From the NCBI GenBank assembly GCA_034435975.1, contig DAOTWD010000003.1, positions 70,167-134,166 on the forward strand: 64,000 bases of DNA, written 5' to 3'. The DNA comes from Chloroflexaceae bacterium (GTDB taxonomy: Bacteria > Chloroflexota > Chloroflexia > Chloroflexales > Chloroflexaceae). A program made the translations under genes and the position numbers. Position 1 is the stretch's first letter. Each line of letters begins with the position of its first letter. Below, in pieces: positions 36,949 through 47,081 of the stretch. The notes below the pieces were generated by a model, which ran no database searches, was not told the DNA's origin, and was given only the letters and a program-made list of their open reading frames with translations.

Positions 36949-38933
36949 ATTCTGGTGGTTTTTGCTCTCGGCTCCGGTTTTCTGGCGCATGGCTTTCCAG
37001 TTCGATTCTGGCACCCGCATTGTGCTTTCTGCTCAGTCTCTCCGGTTATCTCACCACCCGCACAGAGGTGCATATGTTCGATGCACTCTCGTATGTGCTG
37101 GATGTCGATCGTAAACCCTGGCACGAACTGTTTCATCCGCATCATCTGGCGTATGGGCCACTGGGCGCACTGATACGCAGTGGGTTGCATACACTGGGTT
37201 GGCATATAAGCGCACGTGTGCCGATGCAAGTTACGAATGCCATAGCGGGTGCGCTCGGCGTGGCGCTGTTTTTTGTCGTTGTGCGCGTTGTCACCCATCG
37301 CACCGATCTCGCATGGTGTGGAGCGCTCTTGCTCGGTGCCAGTTATGCCTATTGGTATTATGCCATTGAGATCGAGGTATATACCATTGCAACCGTCTTT
37401 CTCGTTGTGTGCCTATGGTACATCGTGAGCTTACTTCGGACACCGACGCCTGGTATATGTGCAGGTCTCGGCGTTGCGCAAGGGCTGGCAGTATTATTTC
37501 ATCAGACCAATATCCTGTTGTCGGTGCCGGTACTGGTAGCATACATACTGGTACGACCTGGCATTGGTCGCCGCTGGGTCGTGGCAGGACTGGCATATAC
37601 GCTGCCACTCGGTATCATTGTGGCTGGTAGTTACCTGCTGGTCGGATTTGGGATCAGTGGCTTTCGTTCGTGGGCACAGTTTATGGCCTGGATAACGGCC
37701 TATGCTCGTACCGGTTGGTGGGGTGGGGCGATTACGATCGATAACTGGGTTGATCTAGGTACGGGATTGGCCAACACAGTTGCTCAACCAGGGGGGGCGC
37801 TCCTGGGGTTGCTGCTGCTGGGATTGCTGATATGCTATCTGCGCCATCTGGTGCAGGGTTACCGTCGGCTTGTGCTATGTCTGAGTGCGTGGTTGGTGAC
37901 CTATGGAGCCTTTTTTTTCTGGTGGGAACCGGATAATATCGAGTTCTGGATTGCCAGCTTGCCCCCGCTGTTATTGCTGCTCTTGCTCGGCCTGCAGATG
38001 GGTGGCCCGGTCTGGCATCCTGGTGTCTGGGTAGCGCTGGTGCTGGGTCTGACCATGCTGGCGATGAACTATGATTCGATTACCCGGCGTGGGCGCATGG
38101 AGTATGACTGGCAGCGCCGCATTGCAGCGGCCCTGTCAGTCCGCAGTGCGCCTGGCGATTTGCTACTGGTGCCAGATGGCTTGCAGGAACTCTATTTGCC
38201 CTATTACGAGCAACGTGATAATGTATTGTCGTTGAACCAGGCCCTGTTTGAACACGAAGGTGATTGGGCTGCCGCCTGTCGTGCCGTTCGCCAACGCATT
38301 ACAATAACACGAGAGCATGGCTTTGCCGTATGGATCGATGACGTGGTGCTGTATCCTGGCAGCGATCGTGATGAGACGCGCTTGCTGGAGCGGTTTCGGC
38401 TGACGCCCCAGGCAGTGACACAGTGCTTTACGCCCTATATGCCAGAGCTAGATCCGCACCTTGTTGCCGGGTATGGGATCTATCATGCGCTGCCGGCAGC
38501 CCAGACGTTACTGGAGAGATCAGGGTGGGATTTTGCCCATAGCCGCCAGGGGTGGCGTGCCAGCAATATCGAACATGAGCGTTTCGCAGCAGGTTGGGAA
38601 TTTATTCCTGGTATTGATCCGCAGTTGAAAAGTCCGCCGCTACACATTGATACCCGCCGCTACAATATCCTGGAGATCGACCTGGCGGCTGCCACCCAGG
38701 ATCGGGACGCGCAACTCTTTTTTTACGATGAAGCCGGTCAGGTTGCGGAGGAGCGTTCGATCCGCTGGACATTGCCACCGGGCGATGCAGTGATAACCTA
38801 TCGGCTGGAACTGGAAGGGCAACCAGGCTGGCACGGAATTGTCACCGGGTTGCGGCTCGATCCGGTGAGCGTCGGTGATGGCCGCAGCGTGCGTGTGGAA
38901 CGGGTGCGTCTGGTGCCAGTCGTTGAAGAATGA
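36945..38933 (+). CDS. large polytopic membrane protein, possibly a GT-C-type glycosyltransferase (function uncertain)
   Basis: About 10 or more TM segments in the N-terminal 400 aa, with acidic residues in the first loop (FDALSYVLDVD), then a ~260-aa soluble C-terminal domain. The start overlaps the DUF192 stop (ATGA). Confidence 0.6.
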   Translation: MNSGGFCSRLRFSGAWLSSSILAPALCFLLSLSGYLTTRTEVHMFDALSYVLDVDRKPWHELFHPHHLAYGPLGALIRSGLHTLGWHISARVPMQVTNAIAGALGVALFFVVVRVVTHRTDLAWCGALLLGASYAYWYYAIEIEVYTIATVFLVVCLWYIVSLLRTPTPGICAGLGVAQGLAVLFHQTNILLSVPVLVAYILVRPGIGRRWVVAGLAYTLPLGIIVAGSYLLVGFGISGFRSWAQFMAWITAYARTGWWGGAITIDNWVDLGTGLANTVAQPGGALLGLLLLGLLICYLRHLVQGYRRLVLCLSAWLVTYGAFFFWWEPDNIEFWIASLPPLLLLLLLGLQMGGPVWHPGVWVALVLGLTMLAMNYDSITRRGRMEYDWQRRIAAALSVRSAPGDLLLVPDGLQELYLPYYEQRDNVLSLNQALFEHEGDWAAACRAVRQRITITREHGFAVWIDDVVLYPGSDRDETRLLERFRLTPQAVTQCFTPYMPELDPHLVAGYGIYHALPAAQTLLERSGWDFAHSRQGWRASNIEHERFAAGWEFIPGIDPQLKSPPLHIDTRRYNILEIDLAAATQDRDAQLFFYDEAGQVAEERSIRWTLPPGDAVITYRLELEGQPGWHGIVTGLRLDPVSVGDGRSVRVERVRLVPVVEE

Positions 38934-39932
38934 TCAACGTGCCACGTGCTTGCCCTGATGGTGCACCACATCCCGTCCGGCAAGAATAAGGTAGCCATAG
39001 AGCACAATACCTGACCCTAGCGCAACTGTCAGCTTAAAAGCCAGCGGCAGATCTGACGGCGAGATAAAACCTTCGATAATACCCGCAATAACCAGGAGTG
39101 GTACGCAGCCGAGCAGTAACTGCACGGCACGGCGTGCCGCTACAACCAGTGCCGCACGCCGTGTGAGCAAGCCCGGTCGCAGCACTGACCAGCCAAGTTG
39201 TAAGCCAGCACCGCCCGCAACGAAAATAACGCTTAACTCGAGTACGCCGTGAGCAGCAACGAAGCCCCACAGATTATCAGCAAAACCAAAGAATTGTGCG
39301 GTACCCGCCACACCGCCTAATAACATACCGTTCATTGCCAGCACATACAGGGTCAGTGTGCCAAACAGAATACCGCCGGCAAAAGCCAGAAAAGACACAC
39401 GGATGTTGTTGGTCATAATCAATGAGGCGGAAGCGGCACGGCCCTGATCGTTAATGCTTTTCCACCACTCACGCTCGGCACGGATATCGGCAATAACGCC
39501 TTCAATACCAGGTATAAGCAGCGAAAGTGTTTCCGGGTCATAATATGCGATCCCAAAACCAACCAGTGCCGGTAGCATGAACATCAAGAACGAAGCCAGC
39601 GTATAGCCCCAGGTGGCACGAAAGGCACGTGGGAACGTGATGGTAAAGAAATCGAGCATATACCGCATACGGGCACCCCGTTCACGGTAAATCATGCTGT
39701 GCGCTCGTGCCACCAGGCCGTTCAGATAGTCGCAGACAGGATGCTGCCCAAAATCGCGGCGTGCAACGGCCAGATCGGATGTAGCCTGGCGATAGAGATG
39801 TCCCAGTTCGCGGAGCTCTTCGGCCGACAGGGCGGTTATACTGCTCTGAGCACGATTCATAAGCGCCGTTAAGCGCTCCCATCTATGCCGATGCTGCGCA
39901 ATAAAATCTTCAGCAAGCATGTTGACGACCAT
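38934..39932 (-). CDS. SpoIIM/DUF95-type integral membrane protein
   Basis: N-terminal cytoplasmic helix region (FIAQHRHRWERLTALMNRAQS...LSAEELRELGHLYRQATSDLAVARRDF) followed by about 6 TM segments, the layout I recall for the DUF95/stage II sporulation M family. Confidence 0.6.
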   Translation of the reverse strand: MVVNMLAEDFIAQHRHRWERLTALMNRAQSSITALSAEELRELGHLYRQATSDLAVARRDFGQHPVCDYLNGLVARAHSMIYRERGARMRYMLDFFTITFPRAFRATWGYTLASFLMFMLPALVGFGIAYYDPETLSLLIPGIEGVIADIRAEREWWKSINDQGRAASASLIMTNNIRVSFLAFAGGILFGTLTLYVLAMNGMLLGGVAGTAQFFGFADNLWGFVAAHGVLELSVIFVAGGAGLQLGWSVLRPGLLTRRAALVVAARRAVQLLLGCVPLLVIAGIIEGFISPSDLPLAFKLTVALGSGIVLYGYLILAGRDVVHHQGKHVAR

Positions 39933-40740
39933 GGATAATCGTTCCCAGACTGATAGAATGGCCTTGCAAGGCCGCGGTCAACAAACCCGGAGTAGGGCCG
40001 ATCAGGTAGACGTCTAAGCCCGGGCGGGCCTGCACCAGCCGCCACATTAGTTGTAGTTTACTGTACATACCGCCCGTGACATCAACAGCATGCGATGCAC
40101 CTGCACCGCACAGCACCTGCTCGATATTAGCTGGTGTAATCAGGGGAATTGGCTCGGCCATCGGGTGCGTGTGCGGATCGGCAGTATACAGGGCAGCTTC
40201 GCCAACCAGAATAATGCGGGTGGGGCAAATGTCGGTATGGAGTACCAGGTAGGCAAACAGTGCCTCAGTGGAGATGATAGCGCTGCCCTGAAGAGTATCA
40301 AATGCCACATCGCCGTGAATAACGGGAATGAGCCTGTGTTCAAGTGCCTGTCCAATCGTACTGGTCTGCCAGCTTGTCAGTTCACCTGCGCTGCTCTGGA
40401 GTGATGCTGAGGGTTGTAGCGCCAGAGCGGGGAGATCGGCAGCCAGCAGCGTGTCAACCACGATGCGATTCAGGCGCAGCGCGGCTGCGGATGTCTGCGC
40501 AAAGCCGATCCAGTCGTCGGCGGGAGCCAGGCCGCGGTGTACCCCATAACGAGCAGCATAGAGATGCCCAAACGACCCGCTGCCATGTCCTAGAAGCCAG
40601 CGCTGATCGGGCATAGTCTGCCAGACAGTGCGTAGTTCAGCGACAAGACGCCGAATCAGGAGCAAATCTGGTGCTTCCTGGCCGCGTTTATCGGTAATAA
40701 CCGAGCCACCCAATTTAATAAATGTCAGCGGGTTTTGCAT
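39910..40740 (-). CDS. isopentenyl phosphate kinase (amino-acid-kinase fold)
   Basis: FIKLGGSVITDK... and LLGHGSGSFGH motifs typical of IPK. About 276 aa. Confidence 0.7.
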   Translation of the reverse strand: MQNPLTFIKLGGSVITDKRGQEAPDLLLIRRLVAELRTVWQTMPDQRWLLGHGSGSFGHLYAARYGVHRGLAPADDWIGFAQTSAAALRLNRIVVDTLLAADLPALALQPSASLQSSAGELTSWQTSTIGQALEHRLIPVIHGDVAFDTLQGSAIISTEALFAYLVLHTDICPTRIILVGEAALYTADPHTHPMAEPIPLITPANIEQVLCGAGASHAVDVTGGMYSKLQLMWRLVQARPGLDVYLIGPTPGLLTAALQGHSISLGTIIHGRQHAC

Positions 40741-40755
40741 CAGTTCCCTGAGTTC

Positions 40756-41712
40756 CTATGTGCTACGAAAGATAAACAACAGTGCCAGCACGGTCATTCC
40801 CCATAGTACAATACTGCCTGCCAGAGGCACATCTTGCAACACTAGATCTTCCGGGCTACCACCACCATCACGTTGATAGATCAAATACAAATAGCGAAAA
40901 ATAGCATACACAACGAATGGAATGGTGATCATTAATACCGGATAGGGTTCTTTGGGTGCCACTGGTGCCGAGAAAGTCGTCATGCTATAGGCCATCACAA
41001 TACTGGCGGTGACAATCGACATCATCTGGTCGAGCAGAGGAATAGAGTATTCGGTCAGAATACGGCGATGTTCACCCGCGCCGTCATCCAGCAGCACCAG
41101 TTCGTGGCGACGTTTGCCAATCCCCAGGAAAAGGGCCAGCAAACCCATACACACCAGTAACCAGGACGTAATGCTAATATCCAGCACGGCTGCACCAGCA
41201 ACGGTACGCAAGACAAACCCGGCCGCAATGATCAGAATATCCAGGATGACAACATGTTTCAGCCAGTAGGTATAGAGCAAGCCTTGGATCACAATATAGG
41301 TGACCAGAACCGTCAGAAAGCCGAGATCTTGCCGGTCGATCCAGTAAGCGATCGGCAATGTTATACTAATTAATACTACTGCCGCAATCGCTGCAACGAG
41401 TGGGCTGAGCTTGCCGGAAGCCAGGGGACGGTTGCGCTTGCGCGGGTGCGCACGATCCTTCTCAATATCAACCAGATCGTTGATCAGATAAATGGCGCTG
41501 GCCGCCATACAGAAAGCAGCAAATGCAACGCAGACACGTATGAAAGCATCAAACTCTAACCAGAGTCGCTCCTCGGAAAAGAGTAAAGCCGTGAATACAA
41601 AAACGTTCTTAATCCACTGCCGGGGACGCATAGTCCGCAGCAGATGCCAGAGCATAGCAATATTGATGGCAGAGGGTGGATTGAGTGGGCGATCCAGTAA
41701 TCTATTTTTCAT
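40756..41712 (-). CDS. UbiA-family prenyltransferase, decaprenyl-phosphate phosphoribosyltransferase-like
   Basis: MRPRQWIKNVFVFTALLFS start, NDLVDIEKDRAHPRKRNRPLASG Asp-rich motif, about 8 TM helices. Confidence 0.75.
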   Translation of the reverse strand: MKNRLLDRPLNPPSAINIAMLWHLLRTMRPRQWIKNVFVFTALLFSEERLWLEFDAFIRVCVAFAAFCMAASAIYLINDLVDIEKDRAHPRKRNRPLASGKLSPLVAAIAAVVLISITLPIAYWIDRQDLGFLTVLVTYIVIQGLLYTYWLKHVVILDILIIAAGFVLRTVAGAAVLDISITSWLLVCMGLLALFLGIGKRRHELVLLDDGAGEHRRILTEYSIPLLDQMMSIVTASIVMAYSMTTFSAPVAPKEPYPVLMITIPFVVYAIFRYLYLIYQRDGGGSPEDLVLQDVPLAGSIVLWGMTVLALLFIFRST

Positions 41713-41762
41713 AATTTAAGGTCTGGTTCTATAGTATAGTAATCCTAAATAAGTCCTGAACA

Positions 41763-41820
41763 ACCGGAGTTTCTGCTAAGGCCGGGACGGAGCGAGACTC
41801 AGGCTAAAGCCGGAACTCCG
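41763..41820. repeat. dispersed hairpin repeat, family A, copy 3 (rearranged)
   Basis: The reverse complement begins CGGAGTTCCGGCTTTAGCCTG, matching the left half of copy 2. The outer ends CGGAGTT/AACTCCG pair. Confidence 0.6.
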
Positions 41821-42130
41821 ATTGATCACCGGGTATAGAAGTGTTATAGACGTTCTGCAGCCGAGATCCGGCCCGATTTCGTCTGATGGGTTTCTGTCCA
41901 CAAATCCAGCCAGAAACTATTGATACAATGAAATCGGAAATATGTTGCTATGGATATAAACGCCCTGGTATGTTCTTTTATCTCGTACATATGGGCGGAA
42001 CCGGTCTTCAATGACCTGTTGCATTCTACTCCATCAGAGTATCAGGCGTCAACTACTTGACAGCGAGCCGGAAAAAATGTACCCTCTGTTATTACAGCAA
42101 CCTGAGATCATATTGCGGTTGACTATAAGT

Positions 42131-42718
42131 ATGGATAATATACGGTCAGATACCCAATCCGGCATTGAGCCTGTTAAACCAGTTGTAGTTCCGCTCGAAT
42201 CGGCCGATCATCCCTGGCAGTCAATCCTGCTGGTTGTAGGCACGGTGCTATTAACGGTGGCACTGGTAATGATACCCGTGGATCTGGTGCAAGGATTGGG
42301 GAATTTTGGCTATCTGAGTGTTTTTCTGTTGACCTTACTGGCGAGTGCCACCCTGGTCTTTCCCTCACCGGCACTGGGCGCGGCCCTGCTGGGTGGAGCG
42401 GCACTCAATCCCTGGATTGTCGGTGTCGTAGCGGGGATAGCAGCCGGGTTGGGTGAATCAACGGGCTATCTGGCCGGGTTAGGCAGTAGCACCTTTGCTG
42501 TCCGCTCACGTTTGTACCCTTCCATTGAGCGCTGGGTACACCGGTGGGGCATCCTGACCATTTTTATTCTGGCGGGGATTCCGTCCCCGTTGATCGACCT
42601 AGCGGGAATTGCAGCCGGGACGCTGCGGATGTCATTCTGGCGCTATATGCTTGCCTGTCTGGCTGGCAAAACGGTGCGGTTTATTGGTGTGGCCTGGGTG
42701 GGGCACTGGTTTCTCTAA
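42131..42718 (+). CDS. YqaA/DedA-like (VTT domain) membrane protein
   Basis: GYLSVFLLTLLASATLVFPSPALGAALLGGAALNPW...GESTGYLAG pattern with 4-5 TM helices. The ATG at 42131 is preferred over the longer tracked ORF. Confidence 0.6.
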   Translation: MDNIRSDTQSGIEPVKPVVVPLESADHPWQSILLVVGTVLLTVALVMIPVDLVQGLGNFGYLSVFLLTLLASATLVFPSPALGAALLGGAALNPWIVGVVAGIAAGLGESTGYLAGLGSSTFAVRSRLYPSIERWVHRWGILTIFILAGIPSPLIDLAGIAAGTLRMSFWRYMLACLAGKTVRFIGVAWVGHWFL

Positions 42719-42732
42719 AGCAGATAGAATAA

Positions 42733-43335
42733 ATGCCTGAACTTTTGATTGCAACCCGGAATCGTGGGAAACAGCGTGAATTTGCGCACATATTTGCTAA
42801 TGATAATCTGCGCCTCTGTACGCTTGATGATCTGGGGATCGATGTGGATGTGGAAGAGACGGGGGCAACATTCAACGCAAATGCAGCGCTCAAGGCCGAG
42901 ACCTATTGTCAACTAAGTGGACGGCCTACACTCGCGGACGATAGCGGGCTGGAGGTCGTTGCGCTTCATGGGCAGCCTGGTGTCTATTCGGCGCGGTATG
43001 GAGGGCTGACAGGCGCGGCCCAGCTTGCATATCTGCTCCAGCAACTGGAGGGTGTGCCCGCAGAAGCACGCCAGGCACGGTTTGTGTGTGTGATAGCGCT
43101 GGCCCGACCTGGTGGCCCGACCGAGTTTGTCGAGGGAGTTCTGTCGGGAATGATCCTCCATGAGCCACGTGGGAGTGCAGGGTTTGGCTATGATCCGCTG
43201 TTTTATCTGCCAGAACTGGGGCAGACCCTGGCGGAATTGTTGCCGGCGCGGAAAAATGCGTTGAGCCATCGGGCAGCAGCCGCACAGGCGGCACGGGCGA
43301 TTCTGACGCGCTGGCAAGCTGAGGGTGTGCTGTGA
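42733..43335 (+). CDS. rdgB: dITP/XTP pyrophosphatase (Ham1/RdgB)
   Basis: LLIATRNRGKQREF, ETGATFNANAALKA, DDSGLEV, RGSAGFGYDPLF and SHRAAA motifs. Confidence 0.9.
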   Translation: MPELLIATRNRGKQREFAHIFANDNLRLCTLDDLGIDVDVEETGATFNANAALKAETYCQLSGRPTLADDSGLEVVALHGQPGVYSARYGGLTGAAQLAYLLQQLEGVPAEARQARFVCVIALARPGGPTEFVEGVLSGMILHEPRGSAGFGYDPLFYLPELGQTLAELLPARKNALSHRAAAAQAARAILTRWQAEGVL

Positions 43336-44159
43336 CGCTGGTAGTGACCGCGCTGGCTTCTGGGAGCAATGGCAATGCATTGCTGGTGCGCTATGCCGAA
43401 ACGGCAGTGCTGGTTGATTGCGGGTTGGCAATGCGGGCGATTGAGCAGTATCTCCGTTTTGTGGGTATGTCACCAGCGGCGCTGCAGGCTATTCTGCTGA
43501 CGCATGAGCATGGCGATCATGCCCTGAGTGCCGGCAATCTGGCACGGCGTTATAGTCTCCCGATCGTGTGCAACAGTGCAACACGGGCAGCGTTAGAACG
43601 TCATCTGGATGGTGTAGTCGTTGAGGAGCTACCGATCAGTCAGCGTGCCAGTATCGGCCCGTTTGATGTCACCAGTTTTTTGCTGCCCCACGATGCCGCC
43701 GCGCCGGTGGGCTACTGTATGGCGGTTCATGATGTAACACTGGGTATCGCGGTTGATCTGGGTAGCTGGACGCCCGATCTCGTGACACGTCTGCGTGCAG
43801 CGGATCTGCTGGTGGTTGAAGCCAACCATGATCGCACACGGCTGCCAGCGGTTGGCTATCCGCTGGCAATCCGCCGACGCATTTTTAGCCCGCTCGGACA
43901 TCTGGATAACGTGCAGGCAGGTACACTGCTGGCGCAGATTGGGGCCGATGGCCGTACGCGTGATGTCTGGTTGGCGCACCTTTCTGAACGGGCTAACTCG
44001 CCGCGAGTGGCTCTGAAGCGGGTGCAAGGTGTGTTGGATCAAGCCGGGGTATCAGCATTGCGCCTTTCTGTGCTACCGCGCAAGGCGATCCTGGCTCCAG
44101 GTAAACTCACAGTCTGGCAGAGTGATGCCAGACTGCGACAGATGGATTTGTTTGGTTAG
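43332..44159 (+). CDS. MBL-fold metallo-hydrolase (YycJ/PhnP-like)
   Basis: [10 protein letters not shown]...LVDCG and the LTHEHGDHA metal-binding motif. The GTG start overlaps the rdgB stop. Confidence 0.8.
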   Translation: MTLVVTALASGSNGNALLVRYAETAVLVDCGLAMRAIEQYLRFVGMSPAALQAILLTHEHGDHALSAGNLARRYSLPIVCNSATRAALERHLDGVVVEELPISQRASIGPFDVTSFLLPHDAAAPVGYCMAVHDVTLGIAVDLGSWTPDLVTRLRAADLLVVEANHDRTRLPAVGYPLAIRRRIFSPLGHLDNVQAGTLLAQIGADGRTRDVWLAHLSERANSPRVALKRVQGVLDQAGVSALRLSVLPRKAILAPGKLTVWQSDARLRQMDLFG

Positions 44160-44196
44160 GGCGCCGAGGGGCGTCACCATACATAAGGAGCGCACG

Positions 44197-45126
44197 ATGG
44201 CGATCCAGAAGACAGACTATATCTGGTTCAATGGTCAACTGGTGGAGTGGGATAAGGCTACGGTGCATGTGTTGGCGCATGTCATCCACTATGGCAGCAG
44301 TTTTTTTGAGGGCATCCGCTGTTATCAAACACCGCGTGGCACGGCAATATTTCGCCTGACGGCGCACGTGCAGCGGCTGTTTGACTCAGCCAGAATTTAT
44401 CGTACAACGATTCCGTATACCTGTGAGCAACTGATTGCGGCGGTAAAGGAAACGGTGCGGGTCAATCGACTCCATTCGGGGTATATTCGTCCGGTGGTTT
44501 ATCGTGGCCTGGGCACCATCGGTGTTGATCCATCCGCCTGCCCGGTTGAGGTGGCAATCGCTGCTGTCGAGTGGGGCAAGTATCTGGGAGCAGAGAGCCA
44601 GGAGCAGGGGGTTGATGTATGTGTCTCGTCGTGGAATCGCTTTGCCCCCAATACTCTGCCCGCATTATCGAAGGCTGGTGGTAATTATCTCAACTCGCAA
44701 CTGGTCAAAATGGAGGCGCTGCGCCACGGCTACAGCGAAGGGATTGTCCTTGATGCGCAAAACTACGTCAGCGAAGGGAGTGGTGAGAATATTTTTGTCA
44801 TTCGCGATGGCAAGGTTCTCACGCCACCGATGGCTTCCTCAATCCTGGCAGGCATTACCCGCGATACCGTGATCCACCTGCTGCATGAATTAGGGGTCGA
44901 GGTGCAACAGCAGGCCATTCCGCGTGAATTGCTCTATATTGCCGATGAGCTGTTTTTTACTGGAACAGCGGCAGAAATTACGCCGATTCGCTCCGTCGAT
45001 GGTATGAAGATCGGAAATGGGCAGCGTGGATCACTTACGGAAAAGGTACAGTCTTTGTTTTTTGGGTTGGTACATGGAGAACGCGAGGATCGCTACAACT
45101 GGCTGGAATATGTTGAAGAAAGGTAA
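44197..45126 (+). CDS. ilvE: branched-chain amino acid aminotransferase
   Basis: [35 protein letters not shown]..., the PLP-lysine region [12 protein letters not shown], and GITRDTV. The ATG at 44197 follows AAGGAG. Confidence 0.9.
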   Translation: MAIQKTDYIWFNGQLVEWDKATVHVLAHVIHYGSSFFEGIRCYQTPRGTAIFRLTAHVQRLFDSARIYRTTIPYTCEQLIAAVKETVRVNRLHSGYIRPVVYRGLGTIGVDPSACPVEVAIAAVEWGKYLGAESQEQGVDVCVSSWNRFAPNTLPALSKAGGNYLNSQLVKMEALRHGYSEGIVLDAQNYVSEGSGENIFVIRDGKVLTPPMASSILAGITRDTVIHLLHELGVEVQQQAIPRELLYIADELFFTGTAAEITPIRSVDGMKIGNGQRGSLTEKVQSLFFGLVHGEREDRYNWLEYVEER

Positions 45127-45208
45127 GCAAAAGTATTGCATCGCTTCGCTCTATAGGCTATAATAACGTGTATTCTATAGTCACATGCGACTCACTCAGA
45201 ACGCTGTA

Positions 45209-45266
45209 CCGGTGTCTCCGGGCTTCAGCTGGTTCCGAGTACGTGACTGGCGTAAGCCCGAACTCT
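45209..45266. repeat. dispersed hairpin repeat, family A, copy 4 (degenerate)
   Basis: CCGGTGTCTCCGGGCTTCAGCTGG...GGCGTAAGCCCGAACTCT aligns with copy 2 at both arms. Confidence 0.55.
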
Positions 45267-45750
45267 CGTTTACACAAATAGCTCGTAAAGCTCAGGAGCT
45301 TCAACCCTGGGATAGAAGAGCTTCATATGCTTGAGTGGCTTCTACCCAATCTAGCACAAACTCACGGCTTAAGCAACTCTGTGCTATACGTAGGGTATGA
45401 GAAAACCTTGTCTCATGAGGCAGGGGTAGCAGTCTCTAAAGCCCAGGTGCTTTCGCTCTGGGAGCCGTCATAACAGATATGGCATTGCAGGATGACAACG
45501 AAACTTTTTGCGAATGAGAGATACACCGTTATTGAGCCACGGAGAACACTGGCGTGAAGAAAAAAGAATCGGCCTCTCTGTACTTTCTGTTTTTGCATGG
45601 TACGAACAAAGCTGGCAGTAAGGTCAGGATGACACGCTGGTAGTGGCATCGTGTGTTCCCATAACAGACAAGACCAGCATCCACATCTGAATCTGGGGAT
45701 ACTGGCCCTGGTGGTTCACACTCTACCATGCCTCTACCATGCCTGAGAGC

Positions 45751-45936
45751 CTAGCGTGTTTTGTAGAGCGTGCGCAAGTGACTGGTACTGATACGCACGC
45801 GCCGTCGATTACCACTAGCATCAACAATCGTCACCGTCTGAATATTAGGATACCAGACACGCTTGGTGCGGCGCTTGGAATGGCTCACATTGTTTCCAGT
45901 CGAAGGCTTTTTGCCGGTCATTTGACATTTTGCCAT
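45751..45936 (-). CDS. rpmB: 50S ribosomal protein L28
   Basis: [33 protein letters not shown]... is the L28 signature. 61 aa. Confidence 0.95.
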   Translation of the reverse strand: MAKCQMTGKKPSTGNNVSHSKRRTKRVWYPNIQTVTIVDASGNRRRVRISTSHLRTLYKTR

Positions 45937-46181
45937 GATGACTCATACTCCGGGCCAGGCCAGGCCTGTCTATAAGAAGCTTGAAAACTGTGTAGACTAT
46001 ACCATATCTAAGAATCCCTGGCAACCCTGTGAATAAAACAGGATGCCTATGCCAACGCGGTTGTGCTACCTGAAGGAAAATATAGACGGACGATCGGGTG
46101 GCAATCTTTGTATGACTGTATACTTTCGACAGAATAAACCGTACTGGTGATGGATATGTTGGATTGTGTGAGGAGTGTGTG

Positions 46182-47033
46182 ATGGCCAGCATTAAAATTG
46201 TAACCGATAGCACAGCTGATATACCACCGAGCCTGGCTCACGAATTAGGCATTGAAGTTGTACCGCTCAGAATCTGGATCAATGATCAAGTGTACCGTGC
46301 TGGCCTGGATATCACGAACGAGCAATTTTATGAGCTACTCCAGGATGGGAATGTTCACTTTTCGGTGACATCTCCTAATGCAATCGTTTTTGAGCAACTG
46401 TACCGGAAACTGGCTCTGGAATATGATCATATCTTTTCTATTCATCTCAGCAGTCGTCTCGGCAGCGTCTATCGCACAGCAAGTCAGGCACGTGCGAAAC
46501 TCCCGGCATCGCTAACACAGATTGAACTGATCGATAGCAAATCGGCTTCTATGGGGTTGGGCCTGATCGTGCTGGCTGCTGCCCGTGCGGCTCGTGATGG
46601 GGCATCACCTGCCGCAGTACGGCAGATTATCAGTGATATGATGCACCATGCGCATGTGGTGTTCTTTGTCGATACTATGGAGTATCTGGAACGCAGCAAG
46701 CGATTGACCCTGGCAGCTTCGGTGTTAGGGTCTATGCAGCGTATCAAGCCTCTAATGATACTGGACGAGGGTGATATCGTGCCCTATGAGCGCACTCGCA
46801 CCCGCGCCAAGGCGATAGAGGGTTTGTATACATTCATCGAAGACTTTCCTAAAGTACAGGAAGTGGTTGCACTGTATACGAATACACCGGAGGATGTGGA
46901 GAAACTGCTGGAGAAAGTGGAGCCTATTTTTCCACCCAAGAAGGTACAGGTTATACAGTTTAGCCCCAGTATTGCGCTCCATCTGGGGCCGGGTGCGATG
47001 GGGGTGGCAGTATTTGAGGGGCTGGAGCCATAG
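46182..47033 (+). CDS. DegV-family fatty-acid-binding protein
   Basis: IKIVTDSTADIP N-terminus and the SSRLSGTY-like segment (SSRLGSVYRTA). The ATG at 46182 follows GAGGAG. Confidence 0.85.
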   Translation: MASIKIVTDSTADIPPSLAHELGIEVVPLRIWINDQVYRAGLDITNEQFYELLQDGNVHFSVTSPNAIVFEQLYRKLALEYDHIFSIHLSSRLGSVYRTASQARAKLPASLTQIELIDSKSASMGLGLIVLAAARAARDGASPAAVRQIISDMMHHAHVVFFVDTMEYLERSKRLTLAASVLGSMQRIKPLMILDEGDIVPYERTRTRAKAIEGLYTFIEDFPKVQEVVALYTNTPEDVEKLLEKVEPIFPPKKVQVIQFSPSIALHLGPGAMGVAVFEGLEP

Positions 47034-47081
47034 GCATTCTGTATTGGACAGGCTCTGAGAACATAGTGATCTGAAATCCGC

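Noticed and set aside
42913-43473. 186-aa and 149-aa minus-strand ORFs
   Set aside because: Antisense to rdgB and the MBL hydrolase gene, and Pro/Arg/Ala-rich like other shadow frames.
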